Both the position numbers and the translations under genes were made by a program. This document shows, piece by piece, positions 24,640 through 37,921 of a stretch of 64,000 nucleotides of DNA. The stretch comes from Octopus vulgaris (lineage: Eukaryota), in contig OX597819.1 of the NCBI GenBank assembly GCA_951406725.2, forward strand, positions 61,070,001-61,134,000, given 5' to 3'. The stretch's first letter is position 1. The number at the start of each line of letters is the position of its first letter. The notes beneath the pieces are model-generated. The model saw only the letters and a list, made by a program, of their open reading frames with translations, made no database searches and was not told the DNA's origin.

Positions 24640-24838
24640 TAATCATTTACTTCTTTCAGTCATTAAACTGCAACTATGCTGGAGTACAACCTCGAAGAAT
24701 GTTTAGTCCAACGAATCGACCCCCAGTACTTTTTAAAGCCTGGTACTTATTTTATTGGTCTATTTTGCCGAACCACTAACTTACGGAAACGTAAGCAAGC
24801 AAACACCGGTGGTCAAGCAGAGAAAGGGACAGACACAA
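24640..24838 (-). mobile_element. SINE family A 3' half, diverged
   Basis: tttacttctttcagtcatt...cctggtacttatttt...ttttgccgaaccactaacttacgg. Confidence 0.7.
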
Positions 24839-24879
24839 TATGTTATAATGAAAACTTCAAGTCTTAAGTAATACAAGTA

Positions 24880-25164
24880 CCCAGGGTTTCCTGACCGAAA
24901 TATGAGAGTATTTCTTGGCGGAATTAAAAAATAGTCCACCGAACACACCATAACCATTAATATCTTGTTTAAGTTTTAGGACTTTTATTTATTGTAACAT
25001 TGGTTATCTCCCTTGCATTTTCTTCTTTTCTGGTTTTTGCCCTGCCGTCTTATAAAGGTTCCTTGTCCAAATGCCATCTGCTTTAAAAGCAACTGAGAAA
25101 TGGTTTCGTTCTCAGCTTCAAAAAATGACGAAATGAATTAATGTTTCGGCCAGGAGACCCTGGG
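24880..25164. mobile_element. MITE with 24-bp TIRs and TA target duplication (Tc1/mariner superfamily-like)
   Basis: TA|cccagggtttcctgaccgaaatat ... atgtttcggccaggagaccctggg|TA. Confidence 0.7.
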
Positions 25165-25244
25165 TAGCTGTATTTAACAAGTCTAGTGAGTTTCATTATA
25201 ACATCCTTGGCTAATAGAGTGCTATTATCACATGCTATATAGAC

Positions 25245-25289
<45 letters not shown>

Positions 25290-25869
25290 ACGGGTTTCTT
25301 CCAGTTTCTATCTATCAAATCCATTTACAAGCCCGAAGCTATTGTAGAAGACACCCAAGATTCCACGTAGTGGGAGTGAACCTGAAACCATGTGGTTGGG
25401 TATTTGATAAATATGAAGTTTGAATCTCACTGAAGAAAATAAACGGAGGCTTTAGCTCTTTGGGGACAAACAGTTCTGCTAGGGGCTATCTAACTAGTTT
25501 CTAGTCCTCTTAGACTCCCACGAAAGAAATAATTCACATCTTCACTCCCCGACAAGATTTGTAGCTTATATTTACTTATATACGAACCGAATCACAGCGA
25601 AATCAGTCCTACTAATTCGCATGTATTGTATTGTTTGTCCTGTACTCTGTTTTTCGTTGTTAAAAAAAGTCCGTTTCTTTGTTTGATTTTATGTTTTCGT
25701 TTCTCGTTGTGTTCTACGTTTATTTGTAGTGTCCTGTACTCATATATGCATGTATATATACATATAGATGTAGGTATGTACATATACGTATGTATATATG
25801 CATATGTTTTATTTACTAAATTGTTATTATATCACTGAACGCCACGCGTTGTTTTCTCTTCTCCAAGTA

Positions 25870-25906
<37 letters not shown>

Positions 25907-26236
25907 TAACAACGTGATTAATTGATTAATTAATTGATAATATACCAATCAGCGCTTATAATTTGAAATGTAATGGCTGATAGAAAATCTCTAATGCAAT
26001 GCAACAGAAAATTAATTGATATAAATTTTGATTACAGGAAAGGCTTTGAAGAATATCAATGTTGAAATATCTATTTCAATGATTAAAGTTACTTTATTAA
26101 TTTTTGATAGATTTTACTATTTATGTGAGATGGGAAGAATTGATTTAAAATTTGTTATTCAATACATTATTGCTTATGTTGTTGAACCCCTACTTCTCTA
26201 AGTATGTGTGTACATGTGAACATGTATATGCGTATA

Positions 26237-26792
26237 CTGGGTGGGGCCGAGAGGATGGACATTTTTGAAATGGCTATTATACAGCCCCAAGGGGAGGGAC
26301 ATATGTCCGGCAGGTACTATTCGGTCCGTGGTGTCTTAGCATTTTCTTCTCTTTTCAGATGAAGGCATGGCGCTGTGGACGATAGAGCATCGCGTATTTA
26401 CCTACGGCAGTTACGCGTCGAACAAGCTTTGATACGGAGTCGAATCGCTTAGCTCGGAGGCATTCCGCTGAATTTGGCATCGGTAATCGATCAGTAAGGC
26501 GTATTTTGCACGTAGACCTGTATTACCACCTGTACGGATTGGTCACTGGGCAACAGTTGAAACCATGGGACTTTGCACCCAGCAATGCTGGGGAGAGTGA
26601 AGGCTGAATTTCAAGAACGCCTTCAGAAATGCATCAATGAAAACGGACACCATGATGGATGTTATTTTTCCACTTGGTTTTGACAAATGCTAATTCAATA
26701 CGAGCACATTGACGTCAATAAAATTTGTTTGCAGCTAAAATTAATGATTTTGTGAATGTTTCAAAAACGTCCGTCCTCTCTGTCTCATCTTG
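26237..26792 (+). mobile_element. Internally deleted Tc1/mariner (maT/DD37D-like) transposon
   Basis: About 34-bp imperfect TIRs flanked by TA; transposase remnants MALWTIEHRVFTY, ARRHSAEFGIGNRSVRRILHVDLYYHLY...QQLKP and PAMLGRVKAEFQERLQKCINENGHH; catalytic core missing. Confidence 0.85.
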
Positions 26793-27024
26793 TACACACA
26801 CACACACACACACACACACAAATGTGTGTGTGTGAGAGCGCTCGCGTACGAACCACTGTACATATGTATGTGTATCTCATTTTCTGTATTACTACCGGAT
26901 ATTTATTTATGCTTCTATATACATACTTGGCTTTATACAATTAAATATATCTCAAATAATTATACATTTAAGCATAAATACACACACGCACATGTATAAT
27001 ATCACAGCTACATATGTATATCTA

Positions 27025-27060
<36 letters not shown>

Positions 27061-27282
27061 CAGTAATCCCATAACTATCGCGGGTGTTACATTCCAAAAC
27101 ACCCCTCGATAGGCGAAAACCCGCGAGTTAGAAACAGTACTGTATTGTATATTTTTAAAATTATTTTTATAATTTGTATATATTCATTTTATTATAAATG
27201 CAAAACAACGCCACGGAGGAATCGACGTAAGCTTAATTAATAAACCGCGATAGGTGAACTGCGATAAGGCGAAGGATTAATG
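27061..27282. mobile_element. pogo/Tigger-like MITE
   Basis: TA|cagtaatccc...ggattaatg|TA; inverted relative to the 17661 and 59382 copies. Confidence 0.85.
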
Positions 27283-27477
27283 TATATATAAATTAATAGT
27301 CTAATGCTGGTCTGCTCTTGTGCAGGTCCTATGCATGTGAACCGCCTCTAGCACCTGGGAGGGCCTGTACCTTCTCCCGTAGCCGTTAAGTAGATTACTG
27401 GAACTTTGGCAACTATGACTAGACTTGGAAAGAATACTGAAGTGGATTCTCGTTGTCTTCTCCAGGCAAGTGGGATT

Positions 27478-27682
27478 TGAACTCAGAACGTAGAGAACCG
27501 GAAGAAATACCTTAATACATCTCTGTCGACGCGCCAACGATTCTGACACCTTCCCACCTGCAGAGCAATGTGAAATGAAGTGTTTTGCTCAAGAAGACAA
27601 CGCCCCATCAGGTCTGGAAACTGAACCTACGATCTAGCGATCGTGAGGGTAACACCTTAACCACTAAGCCATGAGTCTTCAC
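27478..27682 (-). mobile_element. Adjacent SINE fragments (family B head and family D)
   Basis: atttgaactcagaacgta...gccaacgattctg, then gagcaatgtgaaatgaagtgttttgctcaag...ccttaaccactaagcca. Confidence 0.65.
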
Positions 27683-28922
27683 ACACACACGCACACACAC
27701 ACAAATGAATATCTATGTATATATACATTTATACGTACATACATGAATATATATGTATATATGTATGTGTGTGTGCACGCGTGTCTATACACACATACAT
27801 ATACATGGAAAGAAAATACACATACATGAAAAATATACATGTATCTACATGTATAGTCGGTAGTTATATATACATGCTTAAACTTGTGTAACCCGTTCTG
27901 ATGTGTTTGACATGAAGAATCTATCTGAGATGCGTTTATTTAAAGCATAACAAAAGATTCTGTAAATGTATTGATAGCTCAGCATTCATTAATAGTCAAA
28001 TATAGCTACATTTACTGACTCACATTCAATTGACCAATGAATGGCCACCAGCCGCATCTAGTCTTGAAAATATTTTAAAGAATAAACTTTGAACCGTAAA
28101 AGAATGCCGATTCTGACATGTGATGTTCATCTTTTATCATCATTCAACATTTCGATGTTTTTATTTTGTTAATTGCATTCATCGTAAGCCACCTCAATGT
28201 AGCATATGAGTACCAGAGAAAGCGAGTCCATGGTAAACTAAAAGGAAACCCCATTTCATTTCAGAAAAACAGCGGGGACTTTTATGCGTATCATGACCTG
28301 ATCGAAGGCGAAATTCACCTCCAATCATATCACAACTTTCAAAAGGGAGATATACACTAGATAATGACGTACTATATTCTTATATATAAAAAAAAAAGTG
28401 GAATGGTTACAGCTAGAATATCTCTGATATTGGTTTGTTCGCTCAGAGTTTATCGGGAACTATAAAAAGCAACAGTAATATTGATAAAGACTATGATCGT
28501 TTCCAATATTCTATTACTCTTTGCCAAAGTTTTCCTTACTCGTAATTGATTCGGAGAAAAGACTGAGAAATATTATAAATAAGTTAAGAGGTAGCATATT
28601 AAAAAGCATGCGCAAGAAATTTTACATTAAGCTAAATCTCCACCTTTTTGTTGTGTCAAAGCAAACAGAACCAACTGGATGTAATTGTTAGCCGAACTCA
28701 AAAGAAAGGGGAGATAATTTCAAAGAATTGTGGAATAGTCACAGACACGATTATATAGTGAAGAAGATCTTTTGTAACGATGTGGTTTCGGATTTTGTCC
28801 CATTACACGGCATCTTGGGCAAGTGTTTTCTACCATATACCAACGCCTTTTGAGTGTAAAATGGCATTTAGGAGGGGTAAAATACAAAGCGAAACAATCA
28901 GCGTGATAATAATAGGTTGTCT

Positions 28923-28959
<37 letters not shown>

Positions 28960-28963
<4 letters not shown>

Positions 28964-29140
28964 ATCCAAACAAGAAAGCACAAAAAAACACAACAACGCG
29001 AGGACGTGGAACAAATATAGTATTATTGGACGCTAAGGAAAGAAGGAGGGTTTAACGTTTCGAGCGGAGCTCTTCGTCGGAAACGGAAAGATCCAGAGAA
29101 GGGAAGACAGAGGGAAAAAAATCGCGAGGTCACATTTTGG
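28960..29140 (-). mobile_element. PLE-like terminal-repeat fragment next to (AT)n
   Basis: Contains a hammerhead motif; purine-skewed composition like the other PLE ends. Confidence 0.6.
29050..29084 (-). ncRNA. Minimal hammerhead motif (U4C variant)
   Basis: Minus strand GUUU CCGACGA A GAGC ucc GCUC GAAA CG UU AAAC. Confidence 0.65.
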
Positions 29141-30370
29141 ATGGTAGATTTAATCCGTTCCCTTTTAACACAACATGGCTCTTGTTGACTTCAGCGGGAT
29201 TCAGTCTGTTGCGGGCATTCGGAACAAGTGTCCAGTTTGAAAATATTTTTCTCTCGCCTCTTACTAGCTCGCTTTAACATTATGCTTACATATATACGCC
29301 CACACAACACAAACACACAAACATATGCTATCACACACACACACACACACAAACATATATATTTGAAACTACTCAATAACACACACATACACACGGGAAA
29401 ACTCTTAACTATTCTCATTGATACAAATCTTTAGAACTTAACTCGGGATCAAAGAGACTTACTCTTTGATAGAATGGCTGAAATTGTTGTTGTAATTGGA
29501 AAATTCCAGAAATTTGATAGTCAGTGGAATATCTTCTTGTTTAGATGGCCAATATATTAACCTCTCGTTCCGTATCAACTTTTCCATTCGTTACCACATA
29601 TTATCAGCTGAAGTTGAACATGTAGGTTGTAAAATCCAGCATTTTTACACTGTTTTTGCTTTGGAACATACAGAAAAAAAATTAATTCTTCTGTAAGTTG
29701 TGCAAAGTTCAATGCAAATGGCATATTAAACGCATTTTACGTAGTTTTCACTGAGAGATACTGCTGCCTGGAGAATAAACATGGCTTCGAAAGAACAATA
29801 AAGCTATATTAATAATTCCACAGACTGCAATTTATTGCCAAAAATCTCTTCTATAATCCTGTTAATATCTCTCCAACTGGACTTTGGAAGAATATCGCTG
29901 GAATATTCTGTTGGAGGAAGTCCAATGCAATGAGGGATAGTGAACAAGGCAATGATTTTGCATCGACAAAAGAGCGTAAACTGCTCTACTCCGACCTCAC
30001 ATATAGAATAAAATAATCTGATTAATGGTTTCTCGTAAAGAATTTAGCATGATCGGTCGCAAATATTAGTTAGTGTAATACACAGATTTAATGAAGTTGG
30101 TGAAAGCTTCCATGACGAGATTTTACTGTAAACATGCATGATATATATCAATAATAATGGCCTTTAATACAAGTACAGACATATCAATATATATACGAAC
30201 ACAATGCGCGAACTCACAAGGCAGGAAGATACTCATAAATCATAAATGCACATATCTGCATGTCACGTGGTCATTTCTAGTGTTCAACTTAAGAATCGAT
30301 AGACATGTCTGTGATGTTACGTTCGTTTCGCTCGCACGCACACACGCACACACACGCGTGTATGCGCGCG

Positions 30371-30421
<51 letters not shown>

Positions 30422-31744
30422 CACTATATGTATACGTATGTATGTATATAATCTATCTATCTCGCTATCTAGCTAGCTACCTTTTAATAGAATCGTGTTA
30501 TTTTTTTCCAGTACCATAGGTTTTCTACAGAAATATACGCATTCATTTAACCGGAGTTTAATGTACGAATGACAAACTACGCCATTTATTATAATAACGT
30601 GAGTGTAACATGACTTAGGTGACAACCCCTCAGTAAAATTCAGCTTCCAAAACAGTTTGGTATACAGATAATCTGTTTCTATACTTAAACATTCGGATAT
30701 GGAAGAACTGATAAATCTCGTCTGCTTACATAAAATGTAAATACTTAGATGGAGATAACGTGTGTCTACACAGGCACAACATTTCAGTAGTCCTTACTTA
30801 GAATAGCATTTATATTCCTCTCTACAAACGAAATAGAATCAGTAGTTTAAGAAATTCACAGAAGTAAACACAATCGAGACAACAAGGGGTATTTTAAGAA
30901 ACTAAAACTTCTAGACCAAGCAAAGAAGAAATACTCCGTAACAAATTCGTTTGATGCCACAACTACATATAAAAATGGTTTACGTTGAATCAAATGCATA
31001 CTAACTATAGAATAAAATGTATAGGAATCCTTTTAAAACAGAACACAAATGCATTAGACCAAGCGATGAATTAATATTGATAATATTATTCTTTTTTATT
31101 GGTAGAACTCTAAGTAGATAAAACTATAAAGAATAGCGTGCAATAATTTGGGTTAAAAAACCCTTTGGATGGAAAAGGTCGAAGTCTGTCCGTGGGACAC
31201 GAGCCCACATTTTCTAAAAAAGCATTTCAGACGTTCTAACATTAAACGAAGGCAACCCCTCGAATTATTTCACATTCTCTCGAAGCTTTTAAATTCTTAT
31301 GACGCAAACAACTAATAATATATTACAAAACATCAAAATAAAAGCAAAATCTTATGTTATGAATGGGACACTGGCGTCTAAACCTACGAACGAACGACTA
31401 ATGGCGAAAGTGATTTATAAATTTGACCAGTGATGTAACATACACAATGAAGAGTAATACCTCTCAATGTGACTTCTCAACTTTTTTAATTCTCTATTTG
31501 TGTCAAGCACAGAGATTGGAGAGACTTTATAAAATTAAAACCAAAGTCAAGTGGTGATCTTCGTAGGACAGTAGAAGATAGTTCCCTTACGGAATAGAGT
31601 CATGTTGTTTTAACTTTAAAATTGTACGACATTTTGTGGGAAAATATTTCCCAGAAAAATATGAATTGAATAACATTCAAAGAAAATTATGAAAATTACT
31701 ATTTTTGAATCTCATAACGAGAGATATTCAGCAACAGTACTTCC

Positions 31745-31948
31745 GAGTAAAGATTGTTTGCCAATATAACATGGCAGTCCTGGTTTAGTCCTGCTGTAAT
31801 TTAGCCCCAAGATTCCCTTGTTCGAAAATATAAGGACACAGATCGTGTTGTATAAGCCAGCTGGTGATGATGTCTCCAGGGGCTAAATTACAGCAACGTT
31901 CGTCCTAAATCAGGACTGCCATGTTATGTTGGCAAACAATCTTTACTC
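31745..31948. repeat. Long inverted repeat (about 65-70 bp arms)
   Basis: gagtaaagattgtttgccaatataacatggcagtcctg...tttagcccc / ggggctaaa...caggactgccatgttatgttggcaaacaatctttactc. Confidence 0.85.
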
Positions 31949-31989
31949 CAAAATTATGTAAGTTGCCGATATATATATATATATATATA

Positions 31990-32305
31990 GGCGCAGGAGT
32001 GGCTGTGTGGTAAGTGGTTGTGTCTTCTACTCTAGCCTCAGGCCGACCAAAGCCTTGTGAGTGGATTTGGTAGGCGGAAACTTGTGTGTGTGTGTATATA
32101 TATATGTGTGTGTGTGTGTGTGTTTGTCCCCCCAACATCGCTTGACAACCGATGCTGGTGTGTTTACGTCCCCGTAACTTAGTGATTCAGCAAAAGAGAC
32201 CGATAGCACAAAGAATAAGCTCTGGGGTCGATTTGCTCGACTAAAGGCGGTGTTCCAGCATGGCCGCAGTCAAATGACTGAAACAAGTAAAAGAATCAAA
32301 GAATA
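31990..32305 (+). mobile_element. SINE family A with internal deletions
   Basis: ggcgcaggagtggctgtgtggtaag...gactgaaacaagtaaaagaat. Confidence 0.9.
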
Positions 32306-33981
32306 TATTCAGCATTGATTACGGTACTGTAATGTGTCACTTTGACGAAGTTAGTTGAAGAAAGGTGGTGAATGAAAGGGGTAGCGTTTTGGTGCTCCGA
32401 GGATGAGGACACTTTTAGCGCCGCCATCTTAGTTAAGAGATACAATAAGTCAGACGATAGTTTTGCGCCTTTTTACACATACGTCCGGGAGTTACCGAAC
32501 ACAATCGCTTGTCTCTTGTAACGGTTCTGGATACGACTATAATAGCAAATGTAAATATTCATTAGCGCTATTCTGAAGCTTATGAATATTCATAAATAGA
32601 TATTCATAAGCGGAGCCATATTGACTGAGCCGGACATGCACTTTGAAACGTATTCTGAATAATTATTGCTGTTATTACTGCAATCCAATGATATTTTACT
32701 TTCATTTATTTTTTTATGAGACCATTTAGTGCACGGTTACTATATGAGACGTTTGATTGTACCTTGGATTTTAACCATCCATAAATAATGCACGAGTCAT
32801 AGATGTCTTCATTTGCTGAAAATAAACCCAGTATGATTTAACTGATTCGAAATTTTATGCGCTTATATACGAGTGCAAAGCATTTACTGACAGACCGACT
32901 GACAGACAAATATACTGGACAGCGTTTCGTACAACGTAAAGCAATTATTAAAGATCATCAGTGAATAAAAAGAATGCCAGATAAGTCTGTGTTTGGGTAA
33001 AAGCCGACGCAATTTCAAAAAGTGTTAGGGGTGTCATGAGAAAAAGATTGAAATAATTACCCTTTGTTTAATGCGATCGATTAACCGCTTAAAATGAATA
33101 CTTCAGTATGGTCGTAGTACAAATATCAAGGAAACCAGCAGTAAATGAATAAAAGAACACGTATATGTCTTTATATGTGTGTGTGTGCGAGTAAGTGTGT
33201 ATATATGTACGTATATATATATATATATATATATCAAAATACATTCGTTCACGTGTGTGTATGTGCGTGTGTTCGTTTGTGTATTCTTATATATACATAT
33301 GTGTGTGTGTGTGCGTATGTGTGTGTGCACAGAAATACACAGGCACATGCATGCAAGCACACAAATACAGACCCACACGCATATGGATATAGTATTTCTA
33401 TAAACACACACACACGCACATACACACACACACGCACACACACACACACACACATATGGATATAGTCTACAATGTATAATGAAGCAAAAATTCGTACAGC
33501 TGCCGATTGTTTTGTATATTTTACATATTTTTCAATTACAATATGTACACCATGCAGTGGATAAACGTACATTAGATATCTTTGGTTTAAGGGTGGCCTG
33601 ACTGAAGAGTCTCCAAAGGGAGGATACTGTTACGCTCCAGAAGTTATATGAAGTAGAAATAGAATTATTCAAGAAAATTTTGATAGCGAGATGTGTAGCG
33701 AGAATACAACGAGACTCTTAATATGTGTACGGAACCACAAGGGAATCATATGAAATGATTTAATGAAGCCGCTGATGGTGGTCTTTATCCAGCAGTCTCA
33801 GAAGTGTATTTGATATGGCTCGTAGAGAGTTTCTCGTTCATAGTATGATTTAGATTATTATTATTTCAACGGTTTAATTCCTGAACAGAAAATGAATAAA
33901 TCAATAAAAGGAATAAGTATACGTACGCACACACACACACACACAAAATTTACAAATACCTATTTACACCCGTCCCCTCCC

Positions 33982-34012
<31 letters not shown>

Positions 34013-34039
34013 CATACATACATACACACGAATGTCGGT

Positions 34040-34189
34040 AGCTTTGTAGTAAGAAGGTTGCCTCCCAACCACATGGTCCCGGGTTCAGTCTCACTGCATG
34101 GCACCTTGGGCAAGTGTATTCTACTATAGCCTCTGGCCGACCAAAACCTTGTGAGTGGATTTGCAGACGGAAACTGAAAGAAGCCCGTC

Positions 34190-34221
<32 letters not shown>

Positions 34222-34441
34222 GTTAATGTGTGTGTATGTTTGTGTTTGTTACCGTCCCCCTCCGCTATCGCTTGACAACCGATGCTAGTGTGTTTACGTC
34301 CCCGAAACCTAACGGTTCGACAAAAGAGACGATAGAATAAGTACTAGGCTTACAAAGAGTAAGTCATGGGGTCGATATGCTCGACTAAAGGCGGTGCTCC
34401 ACCATGGCCGCAGTCAAATGACTAAAAGAAGTAAAAGAATA
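34040..34441 (+). mobile_element. SINE family A, near full length
   Basis: Head, internal (AT)n/(GT)n and tail all present. Confidence 0.92.
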
Positions 34442-34574
34442 TATATTTATATCTGCAAATATTATTTATACATACATATTTATATACGCATACATATGTA
34501 TACACATGTGTATGTATATGCGTTTTTTTTTTTATTCTCTTCGTTTTTGTTTATGAAAATGCTAAATATTAATT

Positions 34575-34742
34575 TCAAATTTTGGTTCAACGCCAGCAAT
34601 TTTGGGGGAGGGATTTAGTCGAATACCTCGATCCCCAGTACTCAATTATTGACCTCGAAAGGATGAAAGGCAAGGTCGAATTTGAACTTGGAACGTGGAG
34701 ACGGACGAAATGTCGCCCTGGGTGCTAACGATTCTGCCAGCC
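34575..34742 (-). mobile_element. SINE family B monomer
   Basis: gaaaggatgaaaggcaaggtcg...gctaacgattctgccagc. Confidence 0.8.
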
Positions 34743-34763
34743 TGCAACCCTCTTTACTCTTTA

Positions 34764-34996
34764 CTTGTGTGTGTGTGTGGGTGGGTGTATATTTTTGTGT
34801 GTCTGTGTTTGTTCCCCCCAACATCGCTTGACAACCGATGCTGGTGTGTTTACGTCTCCGTAACTTAGCGGTTCGACAAAAGAGACAGATAGAATAAATA
34901 CAAGGCTTCGAAGTATAAGTCCTGGGGTCGATTTGCTCAACTAAAGGCAGTGCTCCAGCATGGCCACAGTCAAATGACTGAAACAAGTAAAAGAGT
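34764..34996 (+). mobile_element. SINE family A 3' half
   Basis: aacatcgcttgacaaccgatgctgg...gactgaaacaagtaaaagagta. Confidence 0.88.
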
Positions 34997-35125
34997 ATTT
35001 GCTCATTGAGTACCCCCAAAAGTGAAATTGTAGAGCTGTTATATTGTGCTGAGTTACAGAGATTTGCATACAAAGGCAGCGATGACATAAACGTACACCG
35101 ACTCACATTCAATCATCTGCACGTT

Positions 35126-35180
<55 letters not shown>

Positions 35181-36105
35181 ACAAGCACATGTACAGCCAC
35201 ATGGGCGTGCGCAAACAGACCAAAGGAATGATACACAAACACTCACTTTACGAATGCACATTCGTTTATGCAGACTCGTTCACTCACACGTGAGTAAACA
35301 AAATTAAAAGAATGCACTTATACACCAATGCACACAAACACAACCACACACATATACATACATATATATTTATGTGTGTGCGTTATTATGTCTGCCTTTG
35401 TCCCCCACTACCGCTTGACAACAGGTCTTGATGTATCTTAGCGGTTGGGCCAAAGGAGACCGATAGAAAAATTACCGGCCTTAAAAAAAAAAAACAAGTA
35501 CTTGGGTCGATTCATTCGACTAAAAACTCTTCAAGGAGGTTCCCAGCATGGCCGCAGTATAATGATGGAAACAATTACAAAATAAAAGATAATACACACA
35601 CACATACACACACACACACGGAGAAAGTGCACGGACGAGTAAAATCACATAGATACAGTCAAACAAGAGCATACGCAAGCGCATTATACGGTACACGACT
35701 TCACGCATTGAAAAAAACCTGTACAAACATACAACAGCATAGGCGAGCCAATTAGGAAACTGCATAGACGAGCCAATGTCGTTGTTCAGTCTGCTAGATG
35801 CGGCAGCTAAAGCCCTCTTCTAATAGCCACCTAACTAAGGAGGTATAGGAGACATAAAGTTCATGATACATAAAGTGGCTGGATGGTTATGGCTGGAATG
35901 GTTGTTCAGAGCTGACCTGCAGCTAAAACACGACGTCAAAGCCAACAGCAGCACATACATTTTCTACTATGCATAAATCAACACATACACAACTACACAA
36001 CGATGCACGCGCATAAATGATACAATGCTCGCGTGCACATACATACGTCTGCACGTGAGCATTGTACGTGTGTGTGTGTGTGTGTGTGTTGTGTGTGTGT
36101 GTAAA

Positions 36106-36327
36106 ATAAATTAGAGATAAAACCACTATTATGCAACTCAAACAGTGATAGACATAAACCAAAACATAAATAACAAATAAAATATATTTTATAAAACTTA
36201 TATATTGATCATTCATTTTGTGATCTGGTTTTATGTTTTATAAAAATATATTTTATTTGTTATTTATGTTTTGGTTTATGTCTATCACTGTTTGAGTTGC
36301 ATAATAGTGGTTTTACCTCTAATTTAT
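36106..36327. repeat. Near-perfect inverted repeat, about 95-bp arms, about 30-nt spacer
   Basis: ataaattagagataaaaccactattatgcaactcaaacagtgatagacataaacc... mirrored at 36232-36327; a single arm recurs at about 52935-53005. Confidence 0.9.
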
Positions 36328-37284
36328 ATTTTATATTGTGAAATATGATTTAATACTAAATTGAATTTTTCCCTGTAAGCTTAGAGTTATACTCCATATT
36401 ATTATGTGTGTGTGTGTGTGTGTATGTATGTATACACACACACACGTATAGGTACGCCTGAGAAAATTCTAAGGAATTTGCTTTGCAGTGATGTGATGTT
36501 ATTCCGAGTTCATTCACAGTGGAAGTATATTGCATGTATACATATATGTGTGTCACCGTATTTATGTTCACACCGGTCTAAAAAATCAGTTTTGTTCATA
36601 TTATCTTCCTTTATTGACCGTAACTGTGTGGCCCAACCTCGCTAAAATAAGTACCAAACAGAAATAAGTATTGCTGTCGATACATTTAAGTAATTTGAGG
36701 TCGATGCTCAATGATGAAAAGCAGTAAATGATTAAAATCAATAAAACATGTTTATTAAATAAATAATTAAAACCTCTGTTATTAGCTAAGTAAACATCTA
36801 GAAGCCATTAACCAACTTAATTATGTTGGTAAATGAATATTTTGAGTAGTAAGTACATTAAACAACCGTCGTCCATTCCAATATACGACCAAAAAAGTAT
36901 CCGCTTTCCAACATAATTTGCATCAATGTATATGGGAGACAATACTGAATGTGTGTCACCATTTTGTAAAGGCCTCTTCGGAGAGACTTAATTTCTTCGT
37001 AACGTGCCATAGTACAAACGAAAAACTCCGACACTTGTGATTTAAATGTCATATTGACATACTAAATTTGTCATGGATACCATCTGCGTAATATTTAGAT
37101 AAAAAGATTTCATATTTGGAATAATATTAACTAAATGATATTCACATGTACAGCAAAACAAAAATATTGTTTGTCGATGACGAATTTAGTAAACTGAAAC
37201 AATGTCGAGCTGCTCATTTACTCTAACGGAAATTTTGCTATGAAAAATAGATATTAAATTCTTTTTGTTGCAAAGGAAGTGGAA

Positions 37285-37322
37285 GCTGAGCTTTCGGCCA
37301 CGCATATGGACATCTTCAGAGG
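37285..37322 (-). ncRNA. Minimal hammerhead motif
   Basis: Minus strand CCU CUGAAGA U GUCCA uaugcg UGGCC GAAA GC UC AGC; intact core, one mismatch each in stems I and II. Confidence 0.65.
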
Positions 37323-37633
37323 GTATTAAGATAAGCTGAAGGTTAGTATTTTTGAAATGAATGAATAAACAAACAGATGGAAATATGTTGGAGAGGATCA
37401 TATTAGCAATTACATTTGTATATTAAGAACGCTGTAAACAGTTGTTACGTAGAATTAAGGGATTAGTATTGCGCTGTGATTGGTTAATATAAGCAGCAGC
37501 TTATATTAACCAATCGTTATATTGTGAATCGTTAAGATTTCACAAAGACTGGCTGATTGTTACATGTAATAAATAGTGAAATCTCCTGTCGTAAACGACA
37601 GATGAGGATTCCGCAATTTCTTGTTGAACAATC

Positions 37634-37700
37634 TGGCGTAGTGGTTAAGAGCGCGGGCTTCTAACCCCAAGATTCCGAGTTCGATTCCAGGCAATGACCC

Positions 37701-37757
<57 letters not shown>

Positions 37758-37921
37758 TGATGATGATAAAAACATCGAAAATACTTTAGGAATGAGAACC
37801 CAGGTTCAAAATTTCTCCAAGATACCTGATGAAGGGTGGAAGGTATATCAGCCGAAACGTTGTGTTAGCAACAAACAAGATGAGGACAAATATCCGTCAA
37901 ATGTAAATAATATAAATAATG
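37634..37921 (+). mobile_element. tRNA-headed short element with (AAT)n linker and hammerhead ribozyme, copy 1
   Basis: Box A TGGCGTAGTGG, box B AGTTCGATTCC, (AAT)n, then HHR at 37821-37866; second copy at 40942-41250. Confidence 0.8.
37821..37866 (+). ncRNA. Minimal hammerhead ribozyme motif
   Basis: GAUAC CUGAUGA A GGGUG gaagguauau CAGCC GAAA CG UU GUGUU. Confidence 0.72.

Noticed and set aside
29480-30130. Possible Harbinger-like transposase relic (LIYWPS)
   Set aside because: Many stops and only one short motif.
33598-33635. CUGAAGA plus hairpin UCUCC/GGAGG
   Set aside because: GAAA and stem I absent.
37634-37700. Functional tRNA gene
   Set aside because: Box A/B present but acceptor stem does not pair and the anticodon differs between the two copies; it is a retroposon head.
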